Source: Phoronis australis (taxonomy: Eukaryota; Animalia; Phoronida). Taken from it: a DNA stretch of 64,000 nucleotides. Positions 13,151 to 27,794 of this stretch are shown here, one piece after another. The DNA lies in the NCBI GenBank assembly GCA_002633005.1, contig NMRA01000060.1, positions 165,472 through 229,471 of the forward strand, written 5' to 3'. Numbering within the stretch: the first letter of the stretch is position 1; every line of letters begins with the position of its first letter. Made by a program: the position numbers and the translations under genes. The notes below the pieces were generated by a model. The model did not search any database and was not told the DNA's origin. It saw nothing but the letters and a program-made list of their open reading frames with translations.

Positions 13151-16100
13151 GGAACACATCTGCCTAATCTCATCAATTTCCTGTGAGGGGTTTAGGAGAC
13201 ACAGCTGCGGACGCCAGATGACGAATGCCTAGACAGATGAAGGCAATATGCAACCACACATAAAGATGTGGGCGCATATTCGAAAACGAAGCAGTGCTTT
13301 AGATGAAAGGCTCTGAACTGACTTATACCATACCATGACATCGTACAGTCAATCAAGTGCACTACTTTAAACGCAACAGGTACACATCTGTAAGTACTCG
13401 GTGAGTGCTGACAGCACCTCTGACTTCCGTTGACCGAATTCAATACCAACTGTACGACAAATTTGTCTTAGTCACAACTTAAAGTTTTGAGAGCCCATTT
13501 TGTTTGAGCAGCTCACACAAATCTTTATCTCCGAACATCACAGGATGAAGCACACCCATTTCTTTCATTATATTTTCACGAACTTCTTGTTCACATGCTT
13601 CTCTGTCATTGGCTACATCCTCCTCATCCTCATCGTCCACAAACTGGTGTCTTTTTTTCTGTAAGTCTTGAAAAAAAGTTTGAAATTTGTTTTGATGTTC
13701 TCCTCTCATTTACATTAAAGTTGGCACGGACTTGATGCATGCACTGGTCAGGGTTCAATTTCTGGCCACTCTTCTCATCATCGTTGTAGCGCTCTTTGTC
13801 AAGAACTGTCTAACACCAGCTGTAATTCGTAATCTTTTTTTTGAGGATTTCAGTCCTCAACCCTTTTCCAGGGTGGACACACCAAAGATCTCTTTTTCTA
13901 TTTGAATGCTAGCCTCTGAAACGAACATTTTGAAAAAAACATTCAAATTTTCTACCTAACACAGTATTCATGAAGAAATTGCATGGAAGATAATTCCATC
14001 ATATGTCAGACATGCTTTTGTATTACGCTGTGATCATTTCTATTTACAAAAATATTTTAACAAAATGAAAATCAGTTTTTACTGATTTTCATTCCTAGAC
14101 TGTTAAAACACAGTGCAGTGCCATTTTTGAAAAGCATCGCATTTGCTCCATATTTTGGGTTGGAACCCGTTGTTTTTTATATGACATTACATGTAATCGA
14201 GTAACACTTCTGTATTTTTATATTTTAATTTCCGTCCAACACACTTTGCCAAAACAAAAAAGTTGCTCAATACTACTTTCCAAAGCAATGGCAAGTACTC
14301 CAGTCAATGGTCAACACACTAATTTAACTTACGAACTCCCCTGCTTTTATTTATTCTCACATATACACCCTCTTGCTTGGGAATGGGCCCACTCCTCATG
14401 CTACTTAGTTCAAACCAAGACTGCCTTAGGAAACTTCCATCATGGGATGCAAACGAATCCTTAACCAATTCTGTAAACTCCAACCCTGCGATACAAATCC
14501 CTAGACCCGTGCTCCTAATCTCCACTTTTGCATTGTAAAATATCCTTTCACAAGCACCAAATTCCAGTGCCATGAAGATTTCTCATCTGAACTTCTTTCA
14601 CAACATGATTCCAAGGACAGGAGTTTGGTCCAAGTGTATCGAGCATTTTTAGCAGGTGTGGAGTTCAAAAGTTTGGAACTGCAGATTTCTTTCGTTTCTG
14701 CTGGTTGAGGATTGGGTTTCAGAGGACCGCAATTGGAATTTACAGGCAAGAACATGGAACCATTTCCACCATTGGTTCATGGATTACATGTTAGTATATC
14801 ACATGAAGCATAATTGAAATTTGTGTTTGCACCTGAATATTTGTAGAACCTTATGGGTTTTTGTACAAATGTTCAAGACAAGTTCATGTGTGCAGAGGCA
14901 CAGTCTCATTTTTCGGAGTAACCCAAGCCCACGGCTTACACACAAACGAATGCCATTCATCCAACAGAATACTAGGGATAGGATATTTAATTGTGTGCTC
15001 AAGTTACATACGGCACAAGTTGTTTACCTTTTTTTATCGCCAGAAATGATTGCAGCCCATTTTTGTCTGATGCCTTCAAAAACTGTTTGGTTGTCTGCTT
15101 GCTTCTTCTCATGCCACCCCTCTTCAGTGTGGGCATCCAACTCTGTCTTGGAGCCAAATGACAGATGGCAATCAGGTTCCTTCTACAGAAATAGCCGAGT
15201 CTTTGAGGTATCTGGCTGCAAAGGTCTTGGAGAATGTGTTACGCAAAGTTCTTCCAGCGTTGTCAGTTTGATGACTGGGTGTCAGCAGGTAGCTTTACAA
15301 CAGAACCTTTCCTAATTTGGTATGCTTTCCAGCACCTCACTCCTAAAAACAGGATTTATTGTAATTAAAAAAACAAAGAAATGCTTTTACCTAAAGAGTG
15401 AATGACAGATAAGAACAACTCACCGATGACCAAGTGACACACAGATTCACCGCCAGTACCGCGAACATAGGCTCAGGATGGGCTCAAAAATTAGGTCAAA
15501 AACAGGTCGCCAATAGACAACTATTTTATCCCCCTATACTACATGTACATGTATCTAAGGGCACCAGCTACTAGTATGAACATCCATTCCTTCATCCATT
15601 CCTAAAGTCCGCCAATCAATCTCAGTCGGTGACAATGGGTCAATATCATTTGGTAGCCATAACATTTTTAGTAACATGATGGTAAATTTAAAAAACAATG
15701 AGCACTGGGTAGTGATTCACAGCTTGTGGGGCATTTTTCCATTATATCTTACCAATTCCCCTGAAGCTTGAGATGACGTGCCCTCACCACAGTGTTCTTT
15801 CCGTTGTTTGTAGACCAACCATCTACAACTACCACAAATAGCTGCAATCAAAAAGCAACATACTAGTTTTTAATCAATTCTTCTCCATGGAATTCCAAAG
15901 AACCATACATAAATCACTAACAGACATTCTACTCTTGATGGTGCGACAAAAAATCTGTGGTGGTCGACCCTTAGGGCCTGTCACTTAATGGACATACCCC
16001 TAATATTTGTCCTTTTGCAAAGATTTGAGAAGCACTGTAACCCAAAATGCAAGAAAAAAAAGTTTAACTACCAGTGTTAGGATAACGGATTACATAACAA

Positions 16101-16595
16101 TCAGGATATAAGATAGTGACTAACTGCGAGGAAACAGGACAAAAGCTTGCAACACGTTGCACTTTGGATGCAAAACTGTAGAATGAGTGCAGTGCCATGT
16201 TAGATGTAACTTAATCTTTCGGAAGTTGGTCTCATCTCGGTTGGGCAGGAGCATTCATGTATTACAACACAACGGTCACCTAAATTTCCTGTTTTATACC
16301 ACTTGGTCACTGTCATCACCAGTCTGTTGTGACTTCTGCATGGTTCTTCAAATGGTCTGGCCTGTATGAAGGCCTCTAAATTACTCGCCTAGGGACATTA
16401 GCTCTTACCATGATTGGTTATGACGCAAGAACAACACCAGGTTCAAGACTCGATCACAGCAGATGACCTTTCTTCACTGCTAACCAAAGCCATTGTATGT
16501 AGGCGAGTGAATTGCAAATCACGACCTGTATACTGACTGTACTGGTATGCCATACTGCATCCAGAAATCAAATCACAACATCTTACCCTCACATG

Positions 16596-16745
16596 CAGAG
16601 GCAGATCCAGGATTTTGAGTTAGGGAGGGCCAGGGCAGTTTTAGCCAGGATTTTGCCCATCAGACAGTCCTCGAACTGCTAAATCAAATCTGGGAGAATT
16701 TTAGGGGGTATGGCCCCTTGCCTCCCCTCCCCTAAATCCGCATTG
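16596..16745. mobile_element. Small MITE-like insertion nested in both Sola3-like copies (also ~40898-41065; a left end at ~43583-43629)
   Basis: Starts CAGAGGCAGATCCAGGATTTT and ends CCCTAAATCCGCA(TTG), an imperfect inverted repeat of the CAGGGGCGGATCCAG type. Confidence 0.5.
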
Positions 16746-18840
16746 TGCTGCATGGGTAAATGGATGCACTGTGTCTGGGACTAAGTCAGTCCCTGAGGGG
16801 TCAGAAGGTATAATTTTGGCCTTGATCCAGCAGGAGAGACCAAATTTGATATGTACCGTAAATTATAGTGGAAGGTGAATACGGTAGGACAGTGTGCTTG
16901 CATGATAATTAAAATCAACAAAGATTGTCTCAATACTGGTGTAACGTTATAGTAGTCATCAATGGCACAGATGTATTCAACAGGTGAGCCGACGCTGAGG
17001 CACTGGGTGGGGGTGGGGCGAATGAGACCAGTAAGATAAACACAAAATTGAAATGATTCGCCACTGGTGGAAAACTTATTTTGCATTGATAAATGACGAG
17101 CAATTGATTGAACCCGGGTCACCAATGACTACGTCTATGCCAGAGACGAATCATAATTACAAAATTAGTAATGTTTTAGTAGCTTTCACATTCCTCACCT
17201 GTGCCAATGGGTAAGATTTCATTTCTAAAACTTTTTACAACACTTGCGAACTTCATGGTCACCGGTCTTCTCGACTTGGATGCAGTTATGCCTCCACCCC
17301 TTCGACCACAATGACCTGGATAACAACAGTGTTTCGTCGGCCGAAACCCCAAGCCGAAGTCCAAGCGGTGTCGGGGACATAGCTGTTCAAGCTCGTCTAG
17401 TTGCTCAAATCCTCCTCGGTTCATAAACAACTGCCATTCCTCAATGTCTTCGGACACTTTAATTTGTTTCATATGGCTCGCCAGATCATTTTTGCAGCAA
17501 CTAACCGGTAACAGGTTTCTTTGTTCGCCCACTGTTGAGCATTTACAGCTTGAGCTTTCTGCAAACGAACAGCTGAAGCCGTCTGCTACAGCCATTTTGA
17601 TTTGTGCTAATCTCGAACCGAAAGACTCTGAGATGAATGCCGATATAGCTAACCCTTTTGCCCTGTGTCATGCCATTCATCAAGTGCGTTTTGGACTTTG
17701 ACTTATTACATCACAGTGCAAAGTACACGCATGACGCCGAATATACCAAAAATAGCAATTTATGACCGTTTACTAGCGACGCCTCAAGGGCATTTTCACT
17801 ACGGCCGATCGTTTCAAAATTGTGAGCGTGGGGTAAGTTTTACCAAATATTAGCTATGGATGAAATAAAAGAGCGAAGTCCAATTCAAGCACAAATGAAT
17901 ATCTTTGTTGGGTAAACCTCTGCGATTCCTAAAAATAAGTCTTTGAACTTGGGGACAAAAATCACGTTTTTGTACACCTCACTTCACTGCCCTCAATAGA
18001 ACGACGGTAAATCAACAAAGAAGACAAAAGAAGTCGTTTAATTTTTTTTATTTGGACAAAATACAGTTATTTTTAACAGCCAATCGCTTTTTAAGGCTAG
18101 TTATCCAATGTAACAGCAGATGAAGCGGAATACATTTGCCTGTTTTTGAGGTACACTCTAGTGTCAAGTTTCTCATAATAAACGGGAAAAAAAGTTTTTG
18201 TGACTTTTTGAAAACCGAACCTTCAGCAAAAAAATGCAGTATAACAACCTATATGATGGTTAAATGCAACACACAACTTATGAGCTCCATCGGTGATACT
18301 GCATCCGCCAACATTTCAAGCATGTGCAGATTCTACCAAAAAGCCTGTCTTAAATGCATAAAACTGTTGTTTCAGTATTCCCATAGGCAATTCGCCAAAT
18401 ATATCAAACCTGCTTTTGAACTTAGAAACCGTCGCACTTCTGGTATATCTGAGATGTGTGGTTAATGTGACAAAAAAGCTGGGTACTTATCTTTCTTACG
18501 AATGTTATATCTATAATGTTTGGATTAATTACACTTGCCGCTATAATAAATATATACACACCATACATACGTACATGTATTGTAGGTCGAAACGCATTCA
18601 TGCACAGGGAGACCAGCATGCGCCGCAAAATTGTGGAGTCTAGGCGCAACGCCTATATACAAACTTTCATTATAAGTAGAAATTTCCTACAAAAACGTAT
18701 TATTTCGCATACAGACGCGTGCATTTGCGGGGCTTGACGACAGTTATTTTTATTCATATTTCATTGACACTCGAGGTAAAAACCATTTACAAAGAAATAA
18801 GGTTTGAAAGACGAATCATGACGAAATCAACCGTTATCTG

Positions 18841-20223
18841 GGCCCGGTCTCCAATCTCCTTACTCAGACTCGAATCATGCTCAAACTCACACTTCATACT
18901 CAACTCGAGTACAGACTCAGCTTTGGTGTATTCAATGTCATTCTCGAAAAATCTGTACTCGAAATTTCGAGCACGTACTCAGTTTTCGAGTGTACTCGAA
19001 CTGAAGTGTATCTCATCTATATTTCGAGTACGATTTTGAGTAAAATTTTGGAGTCTATGCTCAAATTTCAAGTTTGGTATGGCAGTGTGCTTGAAATCGT
19101 ACTCGAAAATAAATACGAGCCAGAGAACAAAATATCGAAAGGGAACCAAGAAACACAGCAAATCTAAAAAAAACAAATCCTCTTACCGTATCTCAGCACT
19201 TCAACTTCAGTTCAGAGAAAATAGTTTTCATCTTAAATCTTCTTATTCTTCACCTTATTAACCCGCCGTATCACTGTATGTTATGACCGCCATTCTACCT
19301 CTACAATTCCTGGCAACAGGCGCATTGTAATCCCTTGTCGGCGAGTCATAACAAGCGTCGAAAGCAGTTGTGGGAAAAGTCGTGTGAGAAGTTTGTGCTG
19401 CCCTTATTTAGGTATGTGTGCCTACGTTTTGTAGGGTTCCAAAAGACGAGGAGGGGAGGGAAGTTAAAAAAAGTTCGCTTCCCTGTCAGGTACATTTCTC
19501 ATCATAACTTAGTGATCTATAATTCCTCAATCCCCAAATGGAATTCCAGATTTTGTTTGCCGATTTCTAAGTAGACGTCTCGTTCCGTTCACTGCCACTG
19601 GTGAACTCTGAATGCCTGCACAAGTTTTGTTTTTTAACTCACGTGCCAAATGTCAACTCACTTGATACATTTCGGTAAAATACAAAGATACAGTACCAAA
19701 GTTTGACATCAGCGTAGGCCTACACAGCAATGGGTTTTATGTCAAGACTAAATTAGCAACAGAGATGTGATGTGATAAGCTGTTACAAATTTCTTTTAAA
19801 AGACGCTTTTGGGACTGGGTGAGGAACTCAAGAAGTGAAGTTTAATAATTGCCAAATGTATCAAAGAAATGGCATAAGAATTTTTATTGAAACTAAAAAA
19901 TGAATAACAGTTACAGAAACTCAGAATTCCACGTTATAGACATACTGTTGTAGTTGTAGCGACAGCAGACGATAATGTAGGCCTAGTTCTTGGGGTGGTC
20001 TATTCCAATAGGGAGCGATGAATCAGCGCGGCTTTGCGTGATTTTGCATTTCACATCATAAAGAGTTCCATAGCAACTCGAGTATGAGTGTCAGATTTGA
20101 GTACGTTTGGAGTCTACTCGAAATACGACATTAGATACGCTTTTTGAGTACGACTCCAGTGAGCACGATTTTGAGTATGAAATCTCGAGTATGAGTCTGA
20201 GTACGGAGATTGGAGACCGGGTC
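18841..20223. mobile_element. Non-autonomous PIF/Harbinger-type element
   Basis: TIRs GGCCCGGTCTCCAATCTCCTTACTCAGACTC and GAGTCTGAGTACGGAGATTGGAGACCGGGTC. Identical 3-bp CTG flanks (18838-18840, 20224-20226) fit a CWG target duplication. Many subterminal ACTCGA/TCGAGT motifs. Confidence 0.8.
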
Positions 20224-22255
20224 CTGAACGTATCAAACTATTATTCAGATGGACTCTCCGAGGTTATTTACAACATCGCACAACATCACACAATATTACT
20301 GCACTTCAGTCGTTAAAAATGATAATTTGTGAATTACCTGATAAGCGTTCAGTGGTGAAGAAACATGTAGGACGTTCAGTGGTGAAGTGGCCGCTAAAGA
20401 AAAAGATGAGGAATGAAATGGGACGGAAGATGTTCGGATACATCAGTTTTTCAATTCAATCTTCGATACATACTTTACTGAACACAATACATGTAAATGT
20501 GTTAGATATATCATTATTTTGACATTAACACATATAAGCAAACTTCTTAGTGTTTCTCCATTAAAAACTAGACAAGTGCTTTCTTCTTGGTATCCAGTAT
20601 TTTTTGCGCGTATGGCTACTATCTGGATACGATTTCCCACCAATATTTGAAACAGGTTTAACGTAACAACATTTAATTTTAGCGAAATATCAATTCAATT
20701 TTAAGGTATGGCTCTATTTAAATGGTCGTATTCTACAAGCACCTTGATTAAAGAACTATATGGACTGGTATTTTTAGATCTTTATTAGATTGAGAAGCAT
20801 CCCATCCAAACTTCTGAAGAGAAGTTTTAAGGAATAGTCTCATCATCTGAATGTCAATTGATAGTCAAAATATGCATTTTCAGTTCATTTCTAGAAACCT
20901 ATTGGCTTCAGAATTGAAATTGAAATACTTTAAGTGAGTGCTGTGATGTTTCAAACGCGACACAGAACGTTTGCTTGGACAAATGCAGTCTGGCCACGTC
21001 CAATATAGTGATTTTGCGACGCAGCTTCTTTTATGTTTGACTATCCCCGTTTGGTCTTACGGTATGACACTTAGACTGCGCAGAACCAAACTCGAACAAG
21101 TGACGAAAAAGCATAAGCACTTTTATTCAACGGTGTCATGTCTTGAAATGTTGCTGTTCCAAACAGTCACAAAAGTTCATGAGCAACGTGCAACCCAATA
21201 TCAGTTATTTTCAAGTGTCGTTCCCTTCGACTGAGTTGGGGGTTTAAAATTAAATAGGTGGCAATCTTATAGAGTTGTTGTCGTAATAATACAACCCACA
21301 GTTCTACATAGTAATCCGATCTACTCCCCCTCCCATAGCATGAGTATAAACGGAGTTGGATGCACCTCAAATATTGTTTGGCAATTCAATTACAATTCAG
21401 GTGAAAACAAAAGTGGCCGCAAATCGAGGTATGTCCGTGAGGGATAATGACTTGGAAAGCTGTAACAGGCGGATTCAACATGGCCAATGGATATATAAGT
21501 GGAGTATCATTTACTTCCAAACTCAAATACGTTTGCTGATCACTGAGGCAAGCAAACAGCTTAAAATGCTGGCTTAAAAACCCCATATTGAAGCGCGCAA
21601 ATGTGGCAAAATCCTTTGCAAGCGTGATACGGTAACAAATTGTCGACGGTGTTTTGGGGAGACAAACGAACTGCGGTGTATCCAGGATAGCAAATCATTG
21701 GATCCGTCCGAATGAGTAAATCATGCCAGATCTTTGTCTCATATATGTCTGATCGATTAAAACAGGTAGTGTTGTTACGCGTTGTACTCTTTTGTTCGGT
21801 AATAAGGTTTGGTATTCCTGTAAGCTTTTGCAATGTACAAATAATGATGAGATAAAGTAACACAAAGCAACTGGAATGCTAGTGTAACTATTAAGACTAC
21901 GAGGGAAAACTTAAGGTGGACTGTGTTTGTGGAAAATTTAATGATAATATATCTTTAGTTTCACATGCCTTTTCTATTTTGAGGACCGTGCTTCTCCTGT
22001 TTCGGATTAAAATGTAACATGGTATTCATTACTACTAAATAGTGATTTTTCTTTAGAAACGTGCCTCGTCGATGATGTCCCATATCTTATAGTACCATGC
22101 ACAATACGCATTCTTCTTCCTGGTTGCCAATAGACTGTTCTCTTCCCTGCGTCCGTGCTCCAAGGCTGTATGCGACCATCGTGCCAGGCAGCAGCGCAAA
22201 CGGACGAGTCCTACATCAAAATCAAATTCAAGAACATGTGATGTTAGTCCATTAA

Positions 22256-25200
22256 GTATCAGTCCACGGATCCACCGACCACTGTACAGCCAACAAGCGG
22301 CAAGGTGGGGGGTCAACCATTCAGATCCATGTTTAGTCACATTAGGGATGAGAGAAAATGGGTGAAGTATGACACCACAAAGTTTGGTGGTTTAGGAGAT
22401 ATAAGGGAAGTGTTCTAGGGGGCAAAGTGAGGCAATTTCTTGGTGTGGAATGAGTCATTTTTTACCAAATTTTCTACTCCAGTTCCTGCTTCAAACAGAA
22501 TTGTTTCTGAACAGTTTTGATATCACATGATAGGTTCATGACCAATGTCAGTAAAAAGAATACCGACACTGCAATATTCGTTACCATGGTAACACTAGAA
22601 CTGTTTCCGTGGAGGTTCATTTCCGTCTTGTGAAAAACCAGCAGTAACCTGTACCCTTATAGCGAAGCTGCCCCCGCGAGAAAACTAAAAATAATAACAT
22701 GGACATGTAGAAGACTCCATGCCCTTGAAATTAATACAATAAAAACTTTGTCAGCCCTTCAGGCAGGCTTGGTAATAGGTGTCTGAATTTCACTATTTTC
22801 AGACCGCGTATGTGTATTTGTCATGTTAAACCAGTCACTAGTTGTGCGCCGTTTCTACGCATTAATATGCCGTGGTATAATACAACAATTAAAACAATTG
22901 GTTTGCTTAAATGTTTTTAATTAATTTTAAGGACACTAGCATTTCCCAATAAATAATGAAATTATACTAAATTTGTTCATCCAATTCATCTGAATACCAA
23001 ACTAAAGCTTCCAATGCGTTAGTTGAATGATGGCTGACCTAAAATGCGGGTTTGTGAATTTATCTATTTATCTGGCACTGCCAGTGGCATCGAATGTGGT
23101 ATTTCTACAAATTGCGGAGAGAAACAACTTTGGAAACTCTAGGGAAATGCACAAGGTATAGAGCGAGACATTTGAGCACCTTATAAGAGTACGTGGGGCT
23201 GATGTGGAGGTGGAACGTGTCCTCCTGAGTAGTCTATCTCAGTGTCTGCCTCGGAGGCACTGTGTGCAGCAGGAGCTACATAATCTACCGTATTAGGTTC
23301 ACTTGCCCGAATCATCGTTACAACACTCGAGATATATTGGCGTCGCCAAAGACACTTAGAACATACACTGCACACTAGAGGAGAAATCTGATAGAGGTCT
23401 GAAAAAATGACCAAAGACGCGTTTAAAGTCAAGGTTCAACGTCCTGCTTCGTGTGAGCTCAGGTGGGAATCACTAAACTCCAGGGTCTGACCCTGAGGAA
23501 TATTTTTAGAAGCATGTCATTCATGCAAAAATACTTATATTGACACATCGTGATTGCTTATAACTTGGGCCTTATTGCTTAATCATATCTTATTCAAATG
23601 TGTTGATGTTTATGCAACTACATGTATACATTGGCGTAGAAAATAAGGTAGTCATCATAACTTTTCATAACAACCACCAAATGTGTAACATGGCTTCTGC
23701 CCATGAACTACTTTTAGAGACTAGGGTGTATGTCTTGTCTACCAATGATTTTCTGCGATTATGAAGTTAATTAAACATGCTAAAGCCGTCAAAAATATTG
23801 GTGCCTTCACTTTAGCTTGGTATTCATATATTGTGAGCGGAAATGGCCACATTAAATTTAATATATTTAATTTTTCATTAATACAATTTTAGGAATCAGG
23901 AAAGGCTTATACTGAAGAAGTGGCTTCTGCTGAAGTTGGAGACTTGCCAATTATTAGTAAAGGTTGGGTATGGAAAAGTTCACAACCAGCAAGAAGGTAC
24001 CCTTCTGGACAACTAAGTGAGGGGGCTAGGGAGAGGCCGAAAAGTCTACTCCCAGAAGATATGTCAAAGAGAATTGTAGCTTGAGGAACGAGTTGGGGAA
24101 AAAGTATTTGCCAAAGATTACTGGCTTATACCGCAACAGGTCCAGAATAATTTGTTGAGATAGGCCACTCTCAGCAAATGTGGGGAAACTGGGACAAAGG
24201 AAGTGGAGTATGCATAGAAAGAGGCAATCTGCGATTGTCAAGGATGTAGCATTGTAAAAATTCAAAGGGAAGAAACAGTACAGTGGCTGGACCTGTAAAT
24301 ACTCTGGCTCATGATCTGCTAAATCCAGTGGGGGCATTATTGTATCAGCACAGCTGTGTAGGGAAGTAGGCTTGTGCGTTGTCGCAAGCTTTGTTTGCAC
24401 CAGAACTGCTTGTGTGAACAGCACAAATCTAAAATTTAGCTAATTTAAGACTGAATTTTTGTCCAGGCTCGGATTATGATCCTGGGCCACATGGTAATGG
24501 TACATTGTTCATTTTGTTTAGCCACTGGAATTTTTGGTCTGACAGGATTTCTCAGTGTCGCCATCACATTCAGATGATTTCTGACCTCTGTACTATTCCT
24601 TTTCCTTGAAGATGCGTAATTGATCTGAATTTATGTTTCCGCATTTTATTTACCATTATTGTAAATGGGTATATATTACTGAAATTTGAGACCCTGTTGC
24701 AGTTAGGCTGGTTTTGTTAACTTATCTGTCTGACTGGGCTGCAAACCCATATTCTGTCCAGGAGGTAATAAGTTTTGATTTAGACCATTTACCTCTATAA
24801 ACTTTGCTCAGTTTGTTCCTTATCCAGATGGGAAGTGATTTCTGGAATTGTAGCGAATTGACAGTTTGCTATTCCTTGAGACCATGCTGTGTGTAAAAAA
24901 TCGCACACTATTAGTCTGGTCTCTAGCAATTGCATATTGCCAGATCTTTCAAAGTTCTGAAATTGCTCAAAAGTGACCTGGAAGTAATACCTATTTCGTG
25001 ATGGTAAAATATCTAAATCAAAAGTTGTTTTATGTGATTTTAGGCGAGTTTATGTCCACTTCAAATGATTTTTGTTGCAGTACTGAAAAGTATTGGCACA
25101 TTAGCTCTGGTGGCTCCTTGTTTTTTTGGCGAATTGACCATTTTATGGTTCCCATGGGTAATTTTGTTACTGGTCTAGTATGTATGTACAACTGTAATCG

Positions 25201-27246
25201 TAGGGCAATTGTAATGCAAACCATGTTGCAAAAGTATTTTTTCATGACCATTTCATTGTAAAATGCTGCCTAATTGGAACCGACAAGCCAATTTTTCATT
25301 TTGTGGTGGTTAGTTTTGATAAGAACATTGATGTGGTAAATACAGCTACCTCAAGTTTGTGAAGAAGAGATTTCCAGTGTTGTCAGCGATATTGCGAAAT
25401 CACTTTTTCGCAGTGAGACTACATCACTTTAAATGTAATTCCCTGACTTTATGAGCTTTGTGTGGTTGACTCTGTCCTGTAGCAATTGAGTGTTGAAAAG
25501 ATCTAGAAGGCAATTTTTTATTACAGTCATAACATTTGCACTTTTGACTGTACAGTTATCTTTGCATTGTATTACGAAAACATATTTTGTAGTACACAAG
25601 TCTCTGGTTGGTATTTTATATTTTTTCACAAGGAATATTTTCAACTTAGATGAGTTGTCTGTGAGGTAGGCAATTTTCAAATAAGATAATGAATAAAATT
25701 GTCAAACATTGTTTTATTTTTTAGATGTGTGATCTTCCAATAAGTCATTACTTTTAAAAAACCTGTGCAGAATTTGATTTTTACTCTTCATTTGAAGGAG
25801 AATAAATCCATAAACCTGCATTGTCTAGAAATTTTACTCAAACTACATATTACAGGGTTGGGGATTGGAATCTTAATACAACAGAGTCTCAACCCGTACC
25901 ATGAGCAATACAACACAATACAGTACACGGATATAAAAATTTGGTGTTTAGGTTCCACGGAAAGGATTCGTGTGCGCGGTAATAGTTACTAAGGTGCGTG
26001 GTCATTGTTTGTGGATACTTTGGGATTCCTCTTCTGTGGTCATCCACGGGAAACCTGGTCGCATAGAGAACAATAGATTAGCATCTTCATTGTTTCCGTT
26101 GTTATAATAAAGATATAATGACGAGCACTTATCGGCAACGGTCTGATGTACGCAAGGTTCTATATCCATGCGACCTGTGTTGTTACATCTAACAATGACA
26201 CAACAAAGGAAAACAATGATAGGACCGATGGGCGAAAAACATGCGACGAGTTGCCATGGACGGTGGTGGAGTTTGTCTTGTCATTCGAATGTTTTTACAG
26301 AACTTCAAACCGGATATTTCGTCAGGAAAATTTCTGCGGTCTTTTGTTTTTTAAAAGTCGTGGGAAAAATTGCAGTCATGCAACCAAACTTATCCTTCAT
26401 TTGATATTACAATGCAGAAAATCTGACTTGGAATATGTGTGAAGAAATACCCATGAGGAAATTGCAAAGTAAAACAACTTTAAATCAAAATAACCTACAT
26501 TTGTCGAGTTCATGTCTAATCCTGTTCACTGTGGAAGACATAATCGGCTTTTTACAAAATGGAGCCATGTATGGTATTTTGGGGTACTATAGCCCTACTA
26601 GCAAAACGTTTAAAACATTCAGGAGGAACTAACTTGTTGCAAAATATCGAAAAACATGAAGGACAATCGGATTTTACGGTGCTCACGCATCGATCTCAGA
26701 TATATGAAAATTTCTCATTTTAGTACATTTGAGGTGCCAAAATATATAACTAATAAACTGGCTGACAAAGTCTTTATTTTGTGAAATGATAGTAACATGT
26801 TTTGTCAACATTTTGGCTAAGTTTCATTGTCATAACAGTGGGGGCAGATTTGGTACAGCAGTGTACTGAACACAACCTCAAAATGGCATAACGTGGGGCA
26901 GTGTAGTTAAACTACTAAATGAGGGTGGTAAATCGCAGTCGTGTTTCAAGACATCTCTGTAATAATCTACAGGCACCACTAAACAATGCCAAGTGAATAA
27001 TAAATCAATAGCTTTCATTCACAGAAAAATATGAACAGTTAAAACTGGACAGTTTTTATACCGTGAAAACATGGCTGCGAAGCCGTAAAATGTGTTTGAG
27101 CCAATAACTTTAGAAAAACGCAATATTTTGAGGAAATATTTTACCGCTGTTTATAGATCCCATAGGACTACCTATGTGCCAAATTTGGTGAAAATCGGCT
27201 GACCCCCACCTTGCTGCTCATGGCTGGTGCTCTCGTGGACTAGTAC
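22256..27246 (+). mobile_element. ~5-kb TIR DNA transposon with TTAA target duplication, Sola3-like, decayed
   Basis: TTAA at 22252-22255 and 27247-27250. Left end GTATCAGTCCACG...CAGCCA..AGCGGCAAGGTGGGGGGTCAACC matches the reverse complement of the right end, GTACTAGTCCACG...CAGCCA..AGCAGCAAGGTGGGGGTCAGCC. An internal plus-strand remnant from 23893 (KGWVWKSS...PEDMSKR...RNELGKKVFAKDYWLIPQQV) is homologous to the GW exon of copies A and B. Confidence 0.75.
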
Positions 27247-27794
27247 TTAAGAGACAGAGAGAGGTGTAGAGCTAGGAGGGAAGCGACAGAGAGAAAGCAA
27301 GAGGAAGACAGGATAGAACATGCCCTTCACTCAGTGTAGGTTAAATTAGGAACCTATAGGTTGTGAGGTCAATGGCAAGCGATACAACTCTATTTAAAAT
27401 GTATTTACTGTCCACTTTTCTTTTCAGAATAGTTTTTGCATAACATACATGTAGGTGAGAGACCGTTACAAAATCGATTAGTATCGTTAAGTGTGATCGA
27501 CACGGTTTGCCGAATAGTCGTAAAACAGTCGTTGTTTTACGACATTGTCTAATTGATCAATCACTTGAATATTTTTTTTGTTTCAAGTAACAGGTTTTTC
27601 AAATTAGAAAATGTAGATTTGTTTTTTATATCGTTAAGCGCGACATCAAATTTTACAAAACGTTATGCTAAACTATTGGCAAATCCAAATGTAGACGTTC
27701 CATGCTGGTTGTATTCCCTCCTCATGTTGCCGCTACATCCAAATGGACTGACGTCACCATATTCTCAGGAAGTAGAAAGACGACCGTCATCATC

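Larger units (their letters stand above)
11365..17677 (-). mobile_element. Decayed Sola3-like DNA transposon, copy A (spliced transposase-like remnants)
   Basis: Colinear with 35518-42056. Remnants: Cys/His-rich N-terminal exon 17199-17595 (LCPRHR...CCYPGH), C2H2-like exon 15028-15342 (EPDCHLSF...LDAH...GWH...IRQKWA), and a GW-motif exon from 13915 (KGxGLKSSKKR...QISNFFSRL) with stops and frameshifts. Candidate outer ends are TTAA|GAGGCA at 10844 and ...CACTGCCCTC at ~17994. The Sola3 assignment is tentative. Confidence 0.65.

Noticed and set aside
21561-21863. Possible signal-peptide exon for the Tie-like gene
   Set aside because: Starts at GTG, and I found no convincing donor site or homology.
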